A DNA stretch of 64,000 bases from assembly GCA_963786105.1 (NCBI GenBank), contig CAWAXX010000024.1, positions 94,725-158,724 on the forward strand. The letters run 5' to 3'. This document shows, in pieces, positions 11,299-21,005 of the stretch; position 1 is the first letter of the stretch, and each line of letters begins with the position of its first letter. The notes under the pieces were generated by a model. That model saw nothing but the letters and a program-made list of their open reading frames with translations, ran no database searches and was not told the origin of the DNA. A program made the position numbers and the translations under genes. This stretch comes from Vulcanimicrobiota bacterium (GTDB lineage Bacteria > Vulcanimicrobiota > Vulcanimicrobiia > Vulcanimicrobiales > Vulcanimicrobiaceae).

Positions 11299-12289
11299 TG
11301 CCGCGCTCATGCCGGCGTTGAAGCCCAGCGTCGCGCGCGCGCTACTAAAACGCACGCGCGAGCGCAAAATTCTCGTCGTCGGCGATCTCATGATCGACGA
11401 GTGGATTTGGGGAACCGTCACGCGCATTTCACCCGAGGCGCCGGTACCCGTGGTAGCCGTCAACGCGCATTCGTTCACGCTCGGTGGAGCGGGGAACGTC
11501 GCGAACAACCTGCGCGCGCTCGATGCGAAGGTCTGGCTTGCCGGTACGGTTGGAGACGACGCCTTTGCCGAGCAGCTGCACTCGCTGCTGCGCGAAAGGA
11601 AGGTCGACGGGCGGGGAGTCTTTGCACTCGCCGGCCGGCCGACGACGCGCAAAACGCGCGTCGTCGCGCATAACCAGCAAGTCGTGCGCGCCGATTGGGA
11701 ATCGGTTGCGCCGCCCACGTCCGCCGATCGGGAGCGCGTTGCCGACTTCGTCCGGCGCCGCGCACCGAAATGCGACGCGGTCATTTTCAGCGATTACGGA
11801 AAGGGACTGCTGTCGCGCGAAATCGTGGAGGCGTCTTTCGGATGTCCGCTTATTCTGGCAGATCCCAAACCGCAGAACATCGACATCTTTGCCGGCGTCA
11901 CGTGCATTGCGCCCAACGCCGCCGAGGCGGCGGCCGTCACCGGTATCTCCTCGTCGGACGATTCCGCGCTGGAAGCCGCCGGACGCAGTCTGTTCGAGAG
12001 ACTGCGATGCCAGTACGTCGTCATCACGCGCGGCGAGAGCGGAATAGCGCTGTTTGCCAAAAAAGGACGGCGGTTTCAAGTGCCGTCGGTGGCGCGCACG
12101 GTATACGACGTGAGCGGCGCGGGCGACACGGTCATCGCGACGCTGACGCTCGCACTGGCGGCCGGAGCGCCCATCGAACAGGCCGTTCAACTCGCGAACT
12201 TCGCTGCCGGTGCGGTCGTCGAGAAACTCGGGACCGCGACCGCTTCCGCCGGCGAGATTCTGGCGCTGGTCGACCACGCGCATGTCTGA
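11285..12289 (+). CDS. rfaE1: D-glycero-D-manno-heptose-7-phosphate kinase (HldE kinase domain)
   Basis: VGDLMIDE, RISPEAPVPV, GGAGNVA, SDYGKG, VYDVSGAGDTV. Confidence 0.93.
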   Translation: MAFISAALMPALKPSVARALLKRTRERKILVVGDLMIDEWIWGTVTRISPEAPVPVVAVNAHSFTLGGAGNVANNLRALDAKVWLAGTVGDDAFAEQLHSLLRERKVDGRGVFALAGRPTTRKTRVVAHNQQVVRADWESVAPPTSADRERVADFVRRRAPKCDAVIFSDYGKGLLSREIVEASFGCPLILADPKPQNIDIFAGVTCIAPNAAEAAAVTGISSSDDSALEAAGRSLFERLRCQYVVITRGESGIALFAKKGRRFQVPSVARTVYDVSGAGDTVIATLTLALAAGAPIEQAVQLANFAAGAVVEKLGTATASAGEILALVDHAHV

Positions 12290-12779
12290 GTTCTTTGGAC
12301 GGCTGCTTGGCGTCGACGAAGCGGCCACGTGGCGAGAAGCGTTGCGTGCGGACGGGAAGACGGTCGTATTTACAAACGGATGTTTCGACGTACTGCACGC
12401 CGGGCACGTCGAGTATCTGAACTGGGCGCGCGAGCAAGGCGACGTGCTCATCGTCGGATTGAACGATGACGCGTCGGTGCGCGCGATCAAGGGCGACGCG
12501 CGCCCGATCGTCCCCTTCGCTCAGCGCGCCCGCATACTGCTGGCTTTGCGCAGCGTCGACGTGGTCGTCGGATTCGGCGAACGAACCCCGGAAGTGCTTC
12601 TCGATCGAATTCGGCCGTCGGTTCACGTCAAGAGCGATCAATACGTCGCCGAGGAGCTACCGGAACGAAGCGTCGTTCTCCAGCACGGCGGCTCGATCGT
12701 CCTCGCGCCGCACGTCGCCGGAATCAGCACCACCGACACGATCGCGCGCATTCTGGATGCGTATAGCCGTCACGGCTAA
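12282..12779 (+). CDS. rfaE2: heptose 1-phosphate adenylyltransferase (HldE transferase domain)
   Basis: VFTNGCFDVLHAGH, GLNDDASVRAIKG, ISTT. Confidence 0.92.
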   Translation: MSEFFGRLLGVDEAATWREALRADGKTVVFTNGCFDVLHAGHVEYLNWAREQGDVLIVGLNDDASVRAIKGDARPIVPFAQRARILLALRSVDVVVGFGERTPEVLLDRIRPSVHVKSDQYVAEELPERSVVLQHGGSIVLAPHVAGISTTDTIARILDAYSRHG

Positions 12780-13971
12780 CGGCCCCGGCGAGGTCGCCGG
12801 CTGGCTGCGCCCGTTGTTGCGCGCGATCTACGAGCGCGCTCCCGACACGCAAGCGCACGTTTTTTTGGTGCCCGACGACTATGCGACCGGTCATGAAGCG
12901 CCGACCGTGCGCGCTTTCTTTCCGCAAGCGTCGGTCTACGACCCTAAGACGTACCTGAAATTTGCGTTAGGCGGCAGCGTGGCGGCCGTACCCGCCGGCG
13001 TCGACGTCGTGCAATATATCGGCGGAGATTTGCTCCATGCCGCGCGCCTGCACGCCCGATTGAAAGGTAAAACGGCCACGTACAAGTTCTCGCGCCGTCG
13101 CTATCGCTCGCTTTTCGACCGGGCGTTCGCGGTAGACGGCAAGAACGTCGAGCAACTCGAAGCCTGGGGTACGCCGAGCGGGCGCATCCGGCGCGTCGGT
13201 AACCTGGTCGTGGACGGCGCGCTGCTCGAGGCGCAAGCTCCGCTGGAAGCGGGAACCCCCGAAGACGGCATCCTCATCATGCCGGGATCGCGGGCGTACG
13301 AAGTCGAGAACTTGATTCCGTTCTATTTTACGACCGCATTACGTATTCTACGCGAGCGCCCGGGCCTGCCGATCGCTTTCGGCATTTCGCCGTTCACCGC
13401 GCTCGCGGAGGTGCGCGCGGCGATCGAGCGGGGCGGGGATCCGCGCGTCTTCGCGCAGCGCGGCAAGCTGGTGACCGAAGACGAGCGTACGTATCTCGAG
13501 TCTCTCGAGGGTAACGTTCGCGTGCCGGTGCTGTTCAACGCACTAGCAGCGGCCAAGCGCGCCCGTTTGGTGCTGACGATTCCGGGAACGAAGACGATCG
13601 AGCTGGCGGTGCTCGGCAAACCGGCAATGACGATCACGCCGCTCAACGCGCCGGAAATCATTACGATCAACGGCCCGTTGACCTATCTTCATCGCGTTCC
13701 GCTGATCGGCGTGCCGCTCAAACGGGCGGTGGCCGTCGGCGTATCGCGCCGCTTCAAGTACCACACCCAGCCGAACATGGACGCCGGCGATATGGTCGTG
13801 TGCGAAGTCCACGGCACGGTTACGCCAGGGCGGATCGCGCGCGTGGCGCTCGATCGATACGACGACCACGGTTGGATCGCGTCGGCCGGCGACCGGTTGG
13901 CCGGGTTGTACCGCGACCACATCGGCGCGGCGAATCGCATGGCTGAATCGCTGCTCGACCTGGCCGGGTAA
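12757..13971 (+). CDS. lipid-A-disaccharide synthase (LpxB)-related glycosyltransferase
   Basis: NGPGEVAGW N-terminus, IMPGSR, TIPGTKTIELAVLGKP, PN motif; lies within the LPS block. Confidence 0.7.
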   Translation: MRIAVTANGPGEVAGWLRPLLRAIYERAPDTQAHVFLVPDDYATGHEAPTVRAFFPQASVYDPKTYLKFALGGSVAAVPAGVDVVQYIGGDLLHAARLHARLKGKTATYKFSRRRYRSLFDRAFAVDGKNVEQLEAWGTPSGRIRRVGNLVVDGALLEAQAPLEAGTPEDGILIMPGSRAYEVENLIPFYFTTALRILRERPGLPIAFGISPFTALAEVRAAIERGGDPRVFAQRGKLVTEDERTYLESLEGNVRVPVLFNALAAAKRARLVLTIPGTKTIELAVLGKPAMTITPLNAPEIITINGPLTYLHRVPLIGVPLKRAVAVGVSRRFKYHTQPNMDAGDMVVCEVHGTVTPGRIARVALDRYDDHGWIASAGDRLAGLYRDHIGAANRMAESLLDLAG

Positions 13972-14879
13972 TGGACACTGTGATGCCGGCCGTATCCGTC
14001 GTGATCGCCACTAAGGATCGCGCGCTCTTCCTCGACCGCGCGCTCGCATCGTTTGAAACGCAAACGGGGGCGCCGCCTTTCGAGGTCGTCGTAGCCGATA
14101 ACGGATCGGCCGACCAAACGCGCGACGTGGTCGAGCGCCGGCGCGCACGCTCGCGCTTTTCGGTGGAGTACGTCTACGAACCCGAGCCGAACCGCGGGAA
14201 GGCGCGCAACCGCGGCGTCGCGTCGGCGCGCGCCGATCTGATCGCGTTTTGCGACGACGACGTTCAGGCGCCGCCCGGCTGGATCGCGGCGCACGCGGCG
14301 GCGCACGCAGGAGCGCCGGCGCAAATCGTCAACGGGCCGATTCTCAACGTCGCGTCGTACGACGAGAAACCCAAACCGACGCTTGCGAACTTTTCGCGTG
14401 CGTCGCTCTGTACGTGCAACGCTTCGGTGCCGCGACGCGCGCTCGAAGCGGCCGGCGGCTTCGACGAATCGTTCGATCTGTACGGCTGGGAAGACAGCGA
14501 GCTCGGTATTCGCCTGCGCGACGCCGGCGTGGGCTGGAAGTTTGCGTGGGACGCACCGATTTGGCACGTGAAGCCGCCCGAATACAATACGCTGGACGTC
14601 GAGGCGCGCAAGGCGATCGAGAAGGCGCACATGGCGCGCCGGTTTCTCGAGAAGCACCCGTCCAAACGGGCGCGGCTGGCTACCGGCGCCCACCCGTTCA
14701 ACCTGATGCGCGCGCGCTTGCTGTCGGATCGCTGGCTGGCGCTGCTGGCCGGCATCGCATCCGACGGCCGCGCACCCGCCTGGGTTACGTCGCTGGCGCG
14801 CGCGCAGTTTCTCGACGCGACGTATGCGCGCGAACTGGCGGACGCCTTGGCGAAAACGCGCAAGGACTCGCCGCCGTGA
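13971..14879 (+). CDS. glycosyltransferase family 2
   Basis: SVVIATKDR, ADNGS, ARNRG, FCDDD, GFDESF.YGWED. Confidence 0.9.
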   Translation: MDTVMPAVSVVIATKDRALFLDRALASFETQTGAPPFEVVVADNGSADQTRDVVERRRARSRFSVEYVYEPEPNRGKARNRGVASARADLIAFCDDDVQAPPGWIAAHAAAHAGAPAQIVNGPILNVASYDEKPKPTLANFSRASLCTCNASVPRRALEAAGGFDESFDLYGWEDSELGIRLRDAGVGWKFAWDAPIWHVKPPEYNTLDVEARKAIEKAHMARRFLEKHPSKRARLATGAHPFNLMRARLLSDRWLALLAGIASDGRAPAWVTSLARAQFLDATYARELADALAKTRKDSPP

Positions 14880-15916
14880 GCCGAGCGCTCCTGTACTGCG
14901 CCGGCGGCGGCATCGGCGACTCACTGGTTGCGTCGGTGGTCGGGCGCGCGCTGCGCCAACGCTTTGCGACCGTCGATGCCCTCACGCTGCCGGGTCATCG
15001 CGAAACCTTGGAACGCGTCCCGGATCTAGACGCGGTGCTCGTCGATGACGGCGGCGACGAGCGCACGCTGGCAGCCTCGCTCGCCGCCCGCCGATACGAC
15101 GCGTGCGTCGTCACTTGGGCGACCGCGCGAACCGCGCGCATACCGCAACTGGCCAAAATTCCGGTTCGGGTCGGCCAAGCACGGCGTCTCTACTCGCACC
15201 GCTTCACCAACCGGGTCGTCGTCCGTAGCGAGTTGGGCAACGTCACCTCGCACTGGTCGGACATTCTTCTCGACTACGCTCGCGCTATCGGCTGTGATAC
15301 GGGCGATCTCGCCTATGCTTTCGTGCCGACGCCGGAAGACGAGCGCGAAGCCGAAGCGGTCGCCCGATGGGCAGGCCTCTCGCCCAACGGTTCCTTAGGT
15401 AACTTCGTTATTCTCAATCCGTGCAACGCCATCGCATCGCGGCGGGGACGTTGGCCGGTCGAGGGCTGGGCCGCGCTTGCGACGGTGCTGCGCGAGCGGT
15501 TCGCATCGTCGATCCTCATCAGCGGCGGACCCGCCGACGTCTCGATCGTCGAAACGGTCTTGAGCACGGCGCGGGCGTCGGAATCTCCGGCGTCCGGCGC
15601 GGACGCGGGGATGACGTCCGTCGCCGGCAAGCTCGGCATCGGCGCGTTCGGCGCATTGGCGCGGCACGCGAGAGCGTTCGTCGGCATCACGACGGGATCC
15701 ATGCACGTCGCCGCGGCGGTCGGCTGCCCGACCGTCGGAATCTTCCCGTTTCAAAGCGATTTTCCCGAACGCTGGGCGCCGCTCGGAGCGCGAACGGCGG
15801 TGGTGCGGCCGTCGTATCCGTGCCACCCCGGCGATACGAAGGAAGCGTGTTCGGACTACGCCTGCGTCGCCAATCTCGACGTTGCGCGCATCCTCGCGGC
15901 GGCCGATGCCGTCTGA
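14876..15916 (+). CDS. glycosyltransferase family 9 (heptosyltransferase-like)
   Basis: GGIGDSL, RWP, ITTGSMHVAAAVGCPTVGIF, WAP; GTG overlaps the upstream TGA. Confidence 0.85.
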   Translation: MSRALLYCAGGGIGDSLVASVVGRALRQRFATVDALTLPGHRETLERVPDLDAVLVDDGGDERTLAASLAARRYDACVVTWATARTARIPQLAKIPVRVGQARRLYSHRFTNRVVVRSELGNVTSHWSDILLDYARAIGCDTGDLAYAFVPTPEDEREAEAVARWAGLSPNGSLGNFVILNPCNAIASRRGRWPVEGWAALATVLRERFASSILISGGPADVSIVETVLSTARASESPASGADAGMTSVAGKLGIGAFGALARHARAFVGITTGSMHVAAAVGCPTVGIFPFQSDFPERWAPLGARTAVVRPSYPCHPGDTKEACSDYACVANLDVARILAAADAV

Positions 15917-15927
15917 TCGATCGTAAC

Positions 15928-16833
15928 GTGCGCGCGACCATCCAGCTCTGCACGTACAACCGCAGCGAGCTTCTGGAGCGCGTGTTGGACGCGTGTTTCG
16001 AGCAGACCGTACCCGACGACGCCTACGAGGTCGTCCTCGTCAACGATGGTTCGACCGACGGCACGGCGGCGACCATCGAACGGGCCGGCGCGCGGGCCGC
16101 CTGCGGTTTCACCGTGGTCAGCCAGCCGAACTCCGGTTTGGCCAAAGCACGTAACGCCGGTATCGCCCGCGCGACCGGCGAGCGGATCGTCTTCATCGAT
16201 GACGACGTGCTGGTGTTGCCGAACTTCGTCGAGGAGCACTTGCGCTCGCACGCATCGCATCCGCAATCGATCGTTCGCGGCGGTGCGATCGAGGTCGAGA
16301 GTTTCGACGACTTGCCGCCGCCCGTGTGGAGCATCCGGAACTACAGCGGGAACTATTTCTGGACGACCAACGTGTCGGTGCCGCTGGCCACCATGCGCGC
16401 GATCGGCGGTTTCGACGAATCGTTTTCCGAATACGGCTGGGAAGACATCGACGTGGGCCTGCGGCTCCGCCGCGCCGGCGTAAAGGCTGCATTCAATCCG
16501 AAGGCGCTGGCCTACCACTTTAAGCCGCGTCCGCGCAGCGGCGGCGTCGAGAGGATGGTGCGCCAAGCCCGCGCGCAGGCCCGCACCGCGGTGCGCCTCG
16601 CGAAGCTCCATCCGCACTGGCGAACGTATCTTGCAACTGGCATCAATCCGTTGCAACGACGCTTTCACGAAGTTACGCGAGGCTTGCATTTTGCCGGCCG
16701 GTTCCGCGCGAGGATTGGCGACGTGACCTCCGACCGGCAGCTCAGCGACCGGGAACTCCGCGCCGCGCGAGGGCTGGCAGCCGAGGCGTACTTCGAGGAG
16801 TTGGAACGAGCGCTCCAATCCGAGCGCCGATGA
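15928..16833 (+). CDS. glycosyltransferase family 2
   Basis: CTYNR, NDGSTD, ARNAG, FIDDD, YGWED. Confidence 0.9.
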   Translation: MRATIQLCTYNRSELLERVLDACFEQTVPDDAYEVVLVNDGSTDGTAATIERAGARAACGFTVVSQPNSGLAKARNAGIARATGERIVFIDDDVLVLPNFVEEHLRSHASHPQSIVRGGAIEVESFDDLPPPVWSIRNYSGNYFWTTNVSVPLATMRAIGGFDESFSEYGWEDIDVGLRLRRAGVKAAFNPKALAYHFKPRPRSGGVERMVRQARAQARTAVRLAKLHPHWRTYLATGINPLQRRFHEVTRGLHFAGRFRARIGDVTSDRQLSDRELRAARGLAAEAYFEELERALQSERR

Positions 16834-17816
16834 CGCAACGAATTCTCTTGTCGCGCACCGATCGCATCGGTGACCTGATCTTGTCGACGCCGGCGATCGC
16901 GACGGTGCGCGCGTCGTTTCCCGACGCGCACGTCACGATGGTCGTTAGCCCCTACAACGGCGTGGTGATGGAGCGGAACGACGACGTCGACGAACTCGTC
17001 GTGCTGTCCGAAAAGGCCGGCCGGCGCGGATTGGGTCGCGCGTACGGTACCTTCGATCTGGCAATCGCGCTGGCGCCGCGCGCCGTCGACCTGCGGCTCA
17101 CCGGCGCGACGGGCGCGGCCATTCGGGTCGGGTACACCTACGAGCGCCGGTGGTTCGCGCGCCTGACGGCGCCGCTGTACGTGAACCGGCTGATGATTTC
17201 CGAAGCCGACCCTGAGCTGTGCGAGCGCGAGCCGAGTCGCATCGTGCGTCATGAAGTCGTGCAGTTGCTCGATCTGGTCGGTCTTGCGGGAGCGCACCGG
17301 CGCGTCGACCGGCTGCGCCTGGACATCGCCGAAGAGGATCGCGTGGTGGCGGCAACGCTTCCGCCCGATCCGATCGTCGTGCATTTGGGTCAGCGGTGGT
17401 TTCGCAACGGAAGCACGCTGCCGACGGCGCTGGCGATCGTGAAGCGGTTGGCGTCGTTCGCTCCGGTGGTCATCACCTGCGCCCGCGAGTGCGAAGACGT
17501 CGCCCCGGCCTTCGAGGCGGCCGGCGACGTCAGCCGGCTTCTTCGCCGTCTGCCGTTCCACCAGTGGGCGGCCGTGTTCGAGCGCGCGCGCATCGTGGTG
17601 ACGGTCGACACCGGTGCGACACATGTCGCAAGTGCCGTGCGAAGGCCCACGGTCGTCGCTTTCGAACACCGCTACTTCCGGTTGAATTCGCAAGAGTGGG
17701 CGCCCTACGGCGTCCCTCACGTGCTGGTTCGCAAGCCGGCCGGCGAGGATACCGCGTCGCTCGCGCAGTTCTGCGGCGAAATCGAACGCGGCGTCTCCAC
17801 CTTGATGAGCGCTTGA
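16830..17816 (+). CDS. glycosyltransferase family 9 (heptosyltransferase-like)
   Basis: RTDRIGDLILSTP, VDTGATHVASAV, WAP. Confidence 0.88.
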   Translation: MTQRILLSRTDRIGDLILSTPAIATVRASFPDAHVTMVVSPYNGVVMERNDDVDELVVLSEKAGRRGLGRAYGTFDLAIALAPRAVDLRLTGATGAAIRVGYTYERRWFARLTAPLYVNRLMISEADPELCEREPSRIVRHEVVQLLDLVGLAGAHRRVDRLRLDIAEEDRVVAATLPPDPIVVHLGQRWFRNGSTLPTALAIVKRLASFAPVVITCARECEDVAPAFEAAGDVSRLLRRLPFHQWAAVFERARIVVTVDTGATHVASAVRRPTVVAFEHRYFRLNSQEWAPYGVPHVLVRKPAGEDTASLAQFCGEIERGVSTLMSA

Positions 17817-17831
17817 CTCCCGTCTTCTTAC

Positions 17832-18740
17832 ATGCTTGATATTTCCGTCGTCATTCCTACCTACAACCGCCTCGACACGTTAGAGCACGTCGTCCCGACG
17901 TTGCTCGCTCAGGATCTGCCGCGCGATCGGTTCGAGTTGCTGGTGTGCGATTCGCAATCGGTCGACGGGACGGCCGAGTATCTCGCGCAGGTTGCCGCCG
18001 AGAATCCCAACGTTCGCCACCTGCCCGGTTCTTACGGCGGGCGGGCGGCCGCGCGCAACGCCGGCATCGCGGCCGCCCGGGGCGACGTCGTGCTGTTCAA
18101 CGACTCCGACATCTTGGCGTCGCCAGATTTGCTCTCGCAGCATCTACGCCGCCATCGCGAGCGCGGCGGCATCGCCGTGGTCGGCTGGGAAGTGCAGGTG
18201 AAGGACCTCGCGGACTACGCACGCAAGCGCGATCGACCGGAAGAACGTGGCCGCCTTCATCCGCCGGCGCGCAAACGGCTGTCGTGGCTGTACTTTTTGA
18301 CCGGTAACGCGTCGGTGCGTCGCGACGACCTTCAACGGGTGGGTGGCTTCGACGAGAGTTTCACCGGCTACGGGCACGAGGATCTGGAACTCGGCTACCG
18401 GTTGGAGAAGGCCGGGCTGGAAGTCGTGTACGAGCCGCGAGCGATCAATTACCATTGTCAAGACGTCGGCCACGACGATCAGAAGGAAAAGATGAAACTG
18501 GCCGGCCGGTCCACCGTGCGGTTCTACCGCAAACATCCAGACTTTGCGGTGAAGCTAAATCTCGGCATGACGCCCGTATCCTTGGGTTTGCACTCGGTGT
18601 TGACGCACGCGCCGCTGCTCCTGGGCTATTTCGATAAGCGCGCGGCCGGCTCGAAGTTCGCACGCGATCTCGTGCAACAGTACTATTACGTGTCGGGCAT
18701 CAAAGAGGCGCTGGCTGGCCAAAAAGAGAGCGATGGATAA
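17832..18740 (+). CDS. glycosyltransferase family 2
   Basis: SVVIPTYNR, ARNAG, FNDSD, YGHEDLELGYRL. Confidence 0.9.
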   Translation: MLDISVVIPTYNRLDTLEHVVPTLLAQDLPRDRFELLVCDSQSVDGTAEYLAQVAAENPNVRHLPGSYGGRAAARNAGIAAARGDVVLFNDSDILASPDLLSQHLRRHRERGGIAVVGWEVQVKDLADYARKRDRPEERGRLHPPARKRLSWLYFLTGNASVRRDDLQRVGGFDESFTGYGHEDLELGYRLEKAGLEVVYEPRAINYHCQDVGHDDQKEKMKLAGRSTVRFYRKHPDFAVKLNLGMTPVSLGLHSVLTHAPLLLGYFDKRAAGSKFARDLVQQYYYVSGIKEALAGQKESDG

Positions 18741-20502
18741 GATCAGAACGTCGTGCGGAGCGTTACGGGCGTCCGACGAAGGCCGGCGCGCGGAGCTATG
18801 CGGCTGGATCAATCGCCGGCGCGATCACGGGGGTCTCATCTTCGTGGACCTTCGCGATCGCGACGGCGTGACGCAGATCGTGTTCGACCCTCAAAACCCG
18901 AGCTTCCGGGATGCCGAACACTTGCGGCACGAGGACGTCTTGCAAGTGCGCGGAAGCGTGCGGCGGCGTCCGGCCGGCACCGAGAACGTGCGGCTGGCGA
19001 CCGGCGAGGTCGAAGTGGCCGTCGAGGAGCTCGACATCCTCAATCGTTCGCAGGTGCCGCCATTCCAGGTAAACGCCGACGATGCGGTGGACGAAAATCT
19101 GCGCCTGGAATATCGCTACCTCGATCTGCGCCGCAATCGCATGCAGGAGAACTTGCGCGTGCGCCATCGCATCGTCAAGGCGATGCGGGATTTTTTCGAC
19201 GCCCGCGATTTCGTCGAAATCGAAACGCCGATGCTGATCAAATCGACGCCGGAAGGCGCGCGCGATTATCTGGTGCCCAGCCGCGTCCATCCCGGAACCT
19301 TCTACGCGCTGCCGCAGTCGCCGCAGATGCTCAAACAGATTCTGATGATCGGCGGTTTCGGCCGTTACATGCAAATCGCGCGCTGCATGCGCGACGAGGA
19401 CCAGCGTGCCGACCGTCAGCCGGAGTTTACGCAGCTCGACGTCGAGATGTCGTTCTGTACGGAGAACGACGTGCTCGAAACGATGGAGTCGTGCATGCGT
19501 TACGTGTGGAAGACGGCACTCGGCATCGACCTGCCGGCGTTCCCGCGCCTGAGCCACGAGGAGGCGATCGCCAAATACGGACTCGACAAGCCCGACTTGC
19601 GTTTTGGACTCGAACTCGCCGACGCCGGCGACGTATTCGACGACACGGAGTTCGTGGTGTTCCGGTCCGCGCTCGAGGCCGGCGGCGCCGTCGTCGCTTT
19701 ACGGTATCCCGGCGGTGCGTCGCTGTCGCGCCGCGATTTCGATGCCTTGACCGAATCGGCGCGAGAGTTCGGCGCCAAGGGCATGGTCTGGATAGCCCTG
19801 GGTAACGACGGCGTGAAGTCGTCGGCGGCGAAATTCCTGAACGAACCGACCGTCCAGGCATTGCGCGCGGCGGCTGGAGCAGAAACCGGCGACGCCATCC
19901 TGCTGTTCGCCGACCCCCGGCCCGAGCTAGCCTACGCGGTCGCCGGCAAAATGCGCAACGAGGTCGGCGAGCGCTGCGGCCTCCGCGATCGATCGCAATA
20001 CGCATTTTGTTGGGTAACCGGCTTCCCATATCTCGAAATCGACGAGGCGACCGGCAAGCCCGCGCCGGCGCATCACCCGTTTACCGCTCCGGCACACGGG
20101 CAGTGGGACCTGATCGAGACCGATCCGACCAAAATGCGCGCGCAGCACTACGACATGGTGCTCAACGGCTACGAACTCGGATCGGGATCGATCCGCATTC
20201 ACAAGGCAGAATGGCAGCGGAAAATTTTCGAGATGCTCGGATTGACCCCGGAGCAGATCGAGGACCGGTTCGGGTTCTTCGTCCGCGCTCTCGAGTACGG
20301 CGCCCCGCCGCATGGCGGAATGGCGCTGGGCATCGATCGCATCGTCATGGTGGCATGCCACGAAGAGAACATTCGCGACGTGATCGCGTTTCCGAAAAAT
20401 CAAGTTGCGCGCGACCTCATGATGGATGCGCCGTCGGTCGTGCCGGAGAAATTGGTTAGCGACTTGTACCTGCGAAGCACGGCCCCGAAGCCGCCGGAGT
20501 GA
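18733..20502 (+). CDS. aspS: aspartate--tRNA ligase
   Basis: RRDHGGLIF, STPEGARDY, LPQSPQ, RADRQPEFTQ, HHPFT, PPHGG.ALGIDR. Confidence 0.98.
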   Translation: MDKIRTSCGALRASDEGRRAELCGWINRRRDHGGLIFVDLRDRDGVTQIVFDPQNPSFRDAEHLRHEDVLQVRGSVRRRPAGTENVRLATGEVEVAVEELDILNRSQVPPFQVNADDAVDENLRLEYRYLDLRRNRMQENLRVRHRIVKAMRDFFDARDFVEIETPMLIKSTPEGARDYLVPSRVHPGTFYALPQSPQMLKQILMIGGFGRYMQIARCMRDEDQRADRQPEFTQLDVEMSFCTENDVLETMESCMRYVWKTALGIDLPAFPRLSHEEAIAKYGLDKPDLRFGLELADAGDVFDDTEFVVFRSALEAGGAVVALRYPGGASLSRRDFDALTESAREFGAKGMVWIALGNDGVKSSAAKFLNEPTVQALRAAAGAETGDAILLFADPRPELAYAVAGKMRNEVGERCGLRDRSQYAFCWVTGFPYLEIDEATGKPAPAHHPFTAPAHGQWDLIETDPTKMRAQHYDMVLNGYELGSGSIRIHKAEWQRKIFEMLGLTPEQIEDRFGFFVRALEYGAPPHGGMALGIDRIVMVACHEENIRDVIAFPKNQVARDLMMDAPSVVPEKLVSDLYLRSTAPKPPE

Positions 20503-20515
20503 TTTCGACTACGCT

Positions 20516-20896
20516 ATGCGGACGTACGCGCTGCTCGCGATAACGCTGGCGCTCACCATCGCCGGCTGCACGAGTTCGCGGCACGTCGCATCGGCGTCGA
20601 AGCCGGCGTTATCTCCGCTGGCACCATGTGAATCGCGGGAAGTGTCGCTCGACGGAGCCGACGCGGTCGTCACGAGCAACGCCGACTCGACGCTGGCGTC
20701 GGTCCACTTCGTCGATGGCGCCGGCACTGCGGCGCGCCGGGAAGCGCTGGCCGCGATGTACCGCGCATTCGGTACCATCCACGTCGATACCGACCTCGTA
20801 GCACGATCGTCGAAGTGGGGCCTCGCGACCTGGACCGACCGGTGCGGCCGGCCCGTCACGTTTACGATCCCGATACGCCCGCCGTCCGTGCGTTGA
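20516..20896 (+). CDS. hypothetical lipoprotein
   Basis: MRTYALLAITLALTIAGC lipoprotein signal. Confidence 0.6.
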   Translation: MRTYALLAITLALTIAGCTSSRHVASASKPALSPLAPCESREVSLDGADAVVTSNADSTLASVHFVDGAGTAARREALAAMYRAFGTIHVDTDLVARSSKWGLATWTDRCGRPVTFTIPIRPPSVR

Positions 20897-21005
20897 CGGC
20901 GCGGTCGCCGGCACCAGCGGCTTTCGTCTCGGCATATGGGCCGAACGCCTCATTTTTGCGCGGCGGCGCGGGAAGCGATGCCGCAGCCGGCAGAAACTGC
21001 GATAA

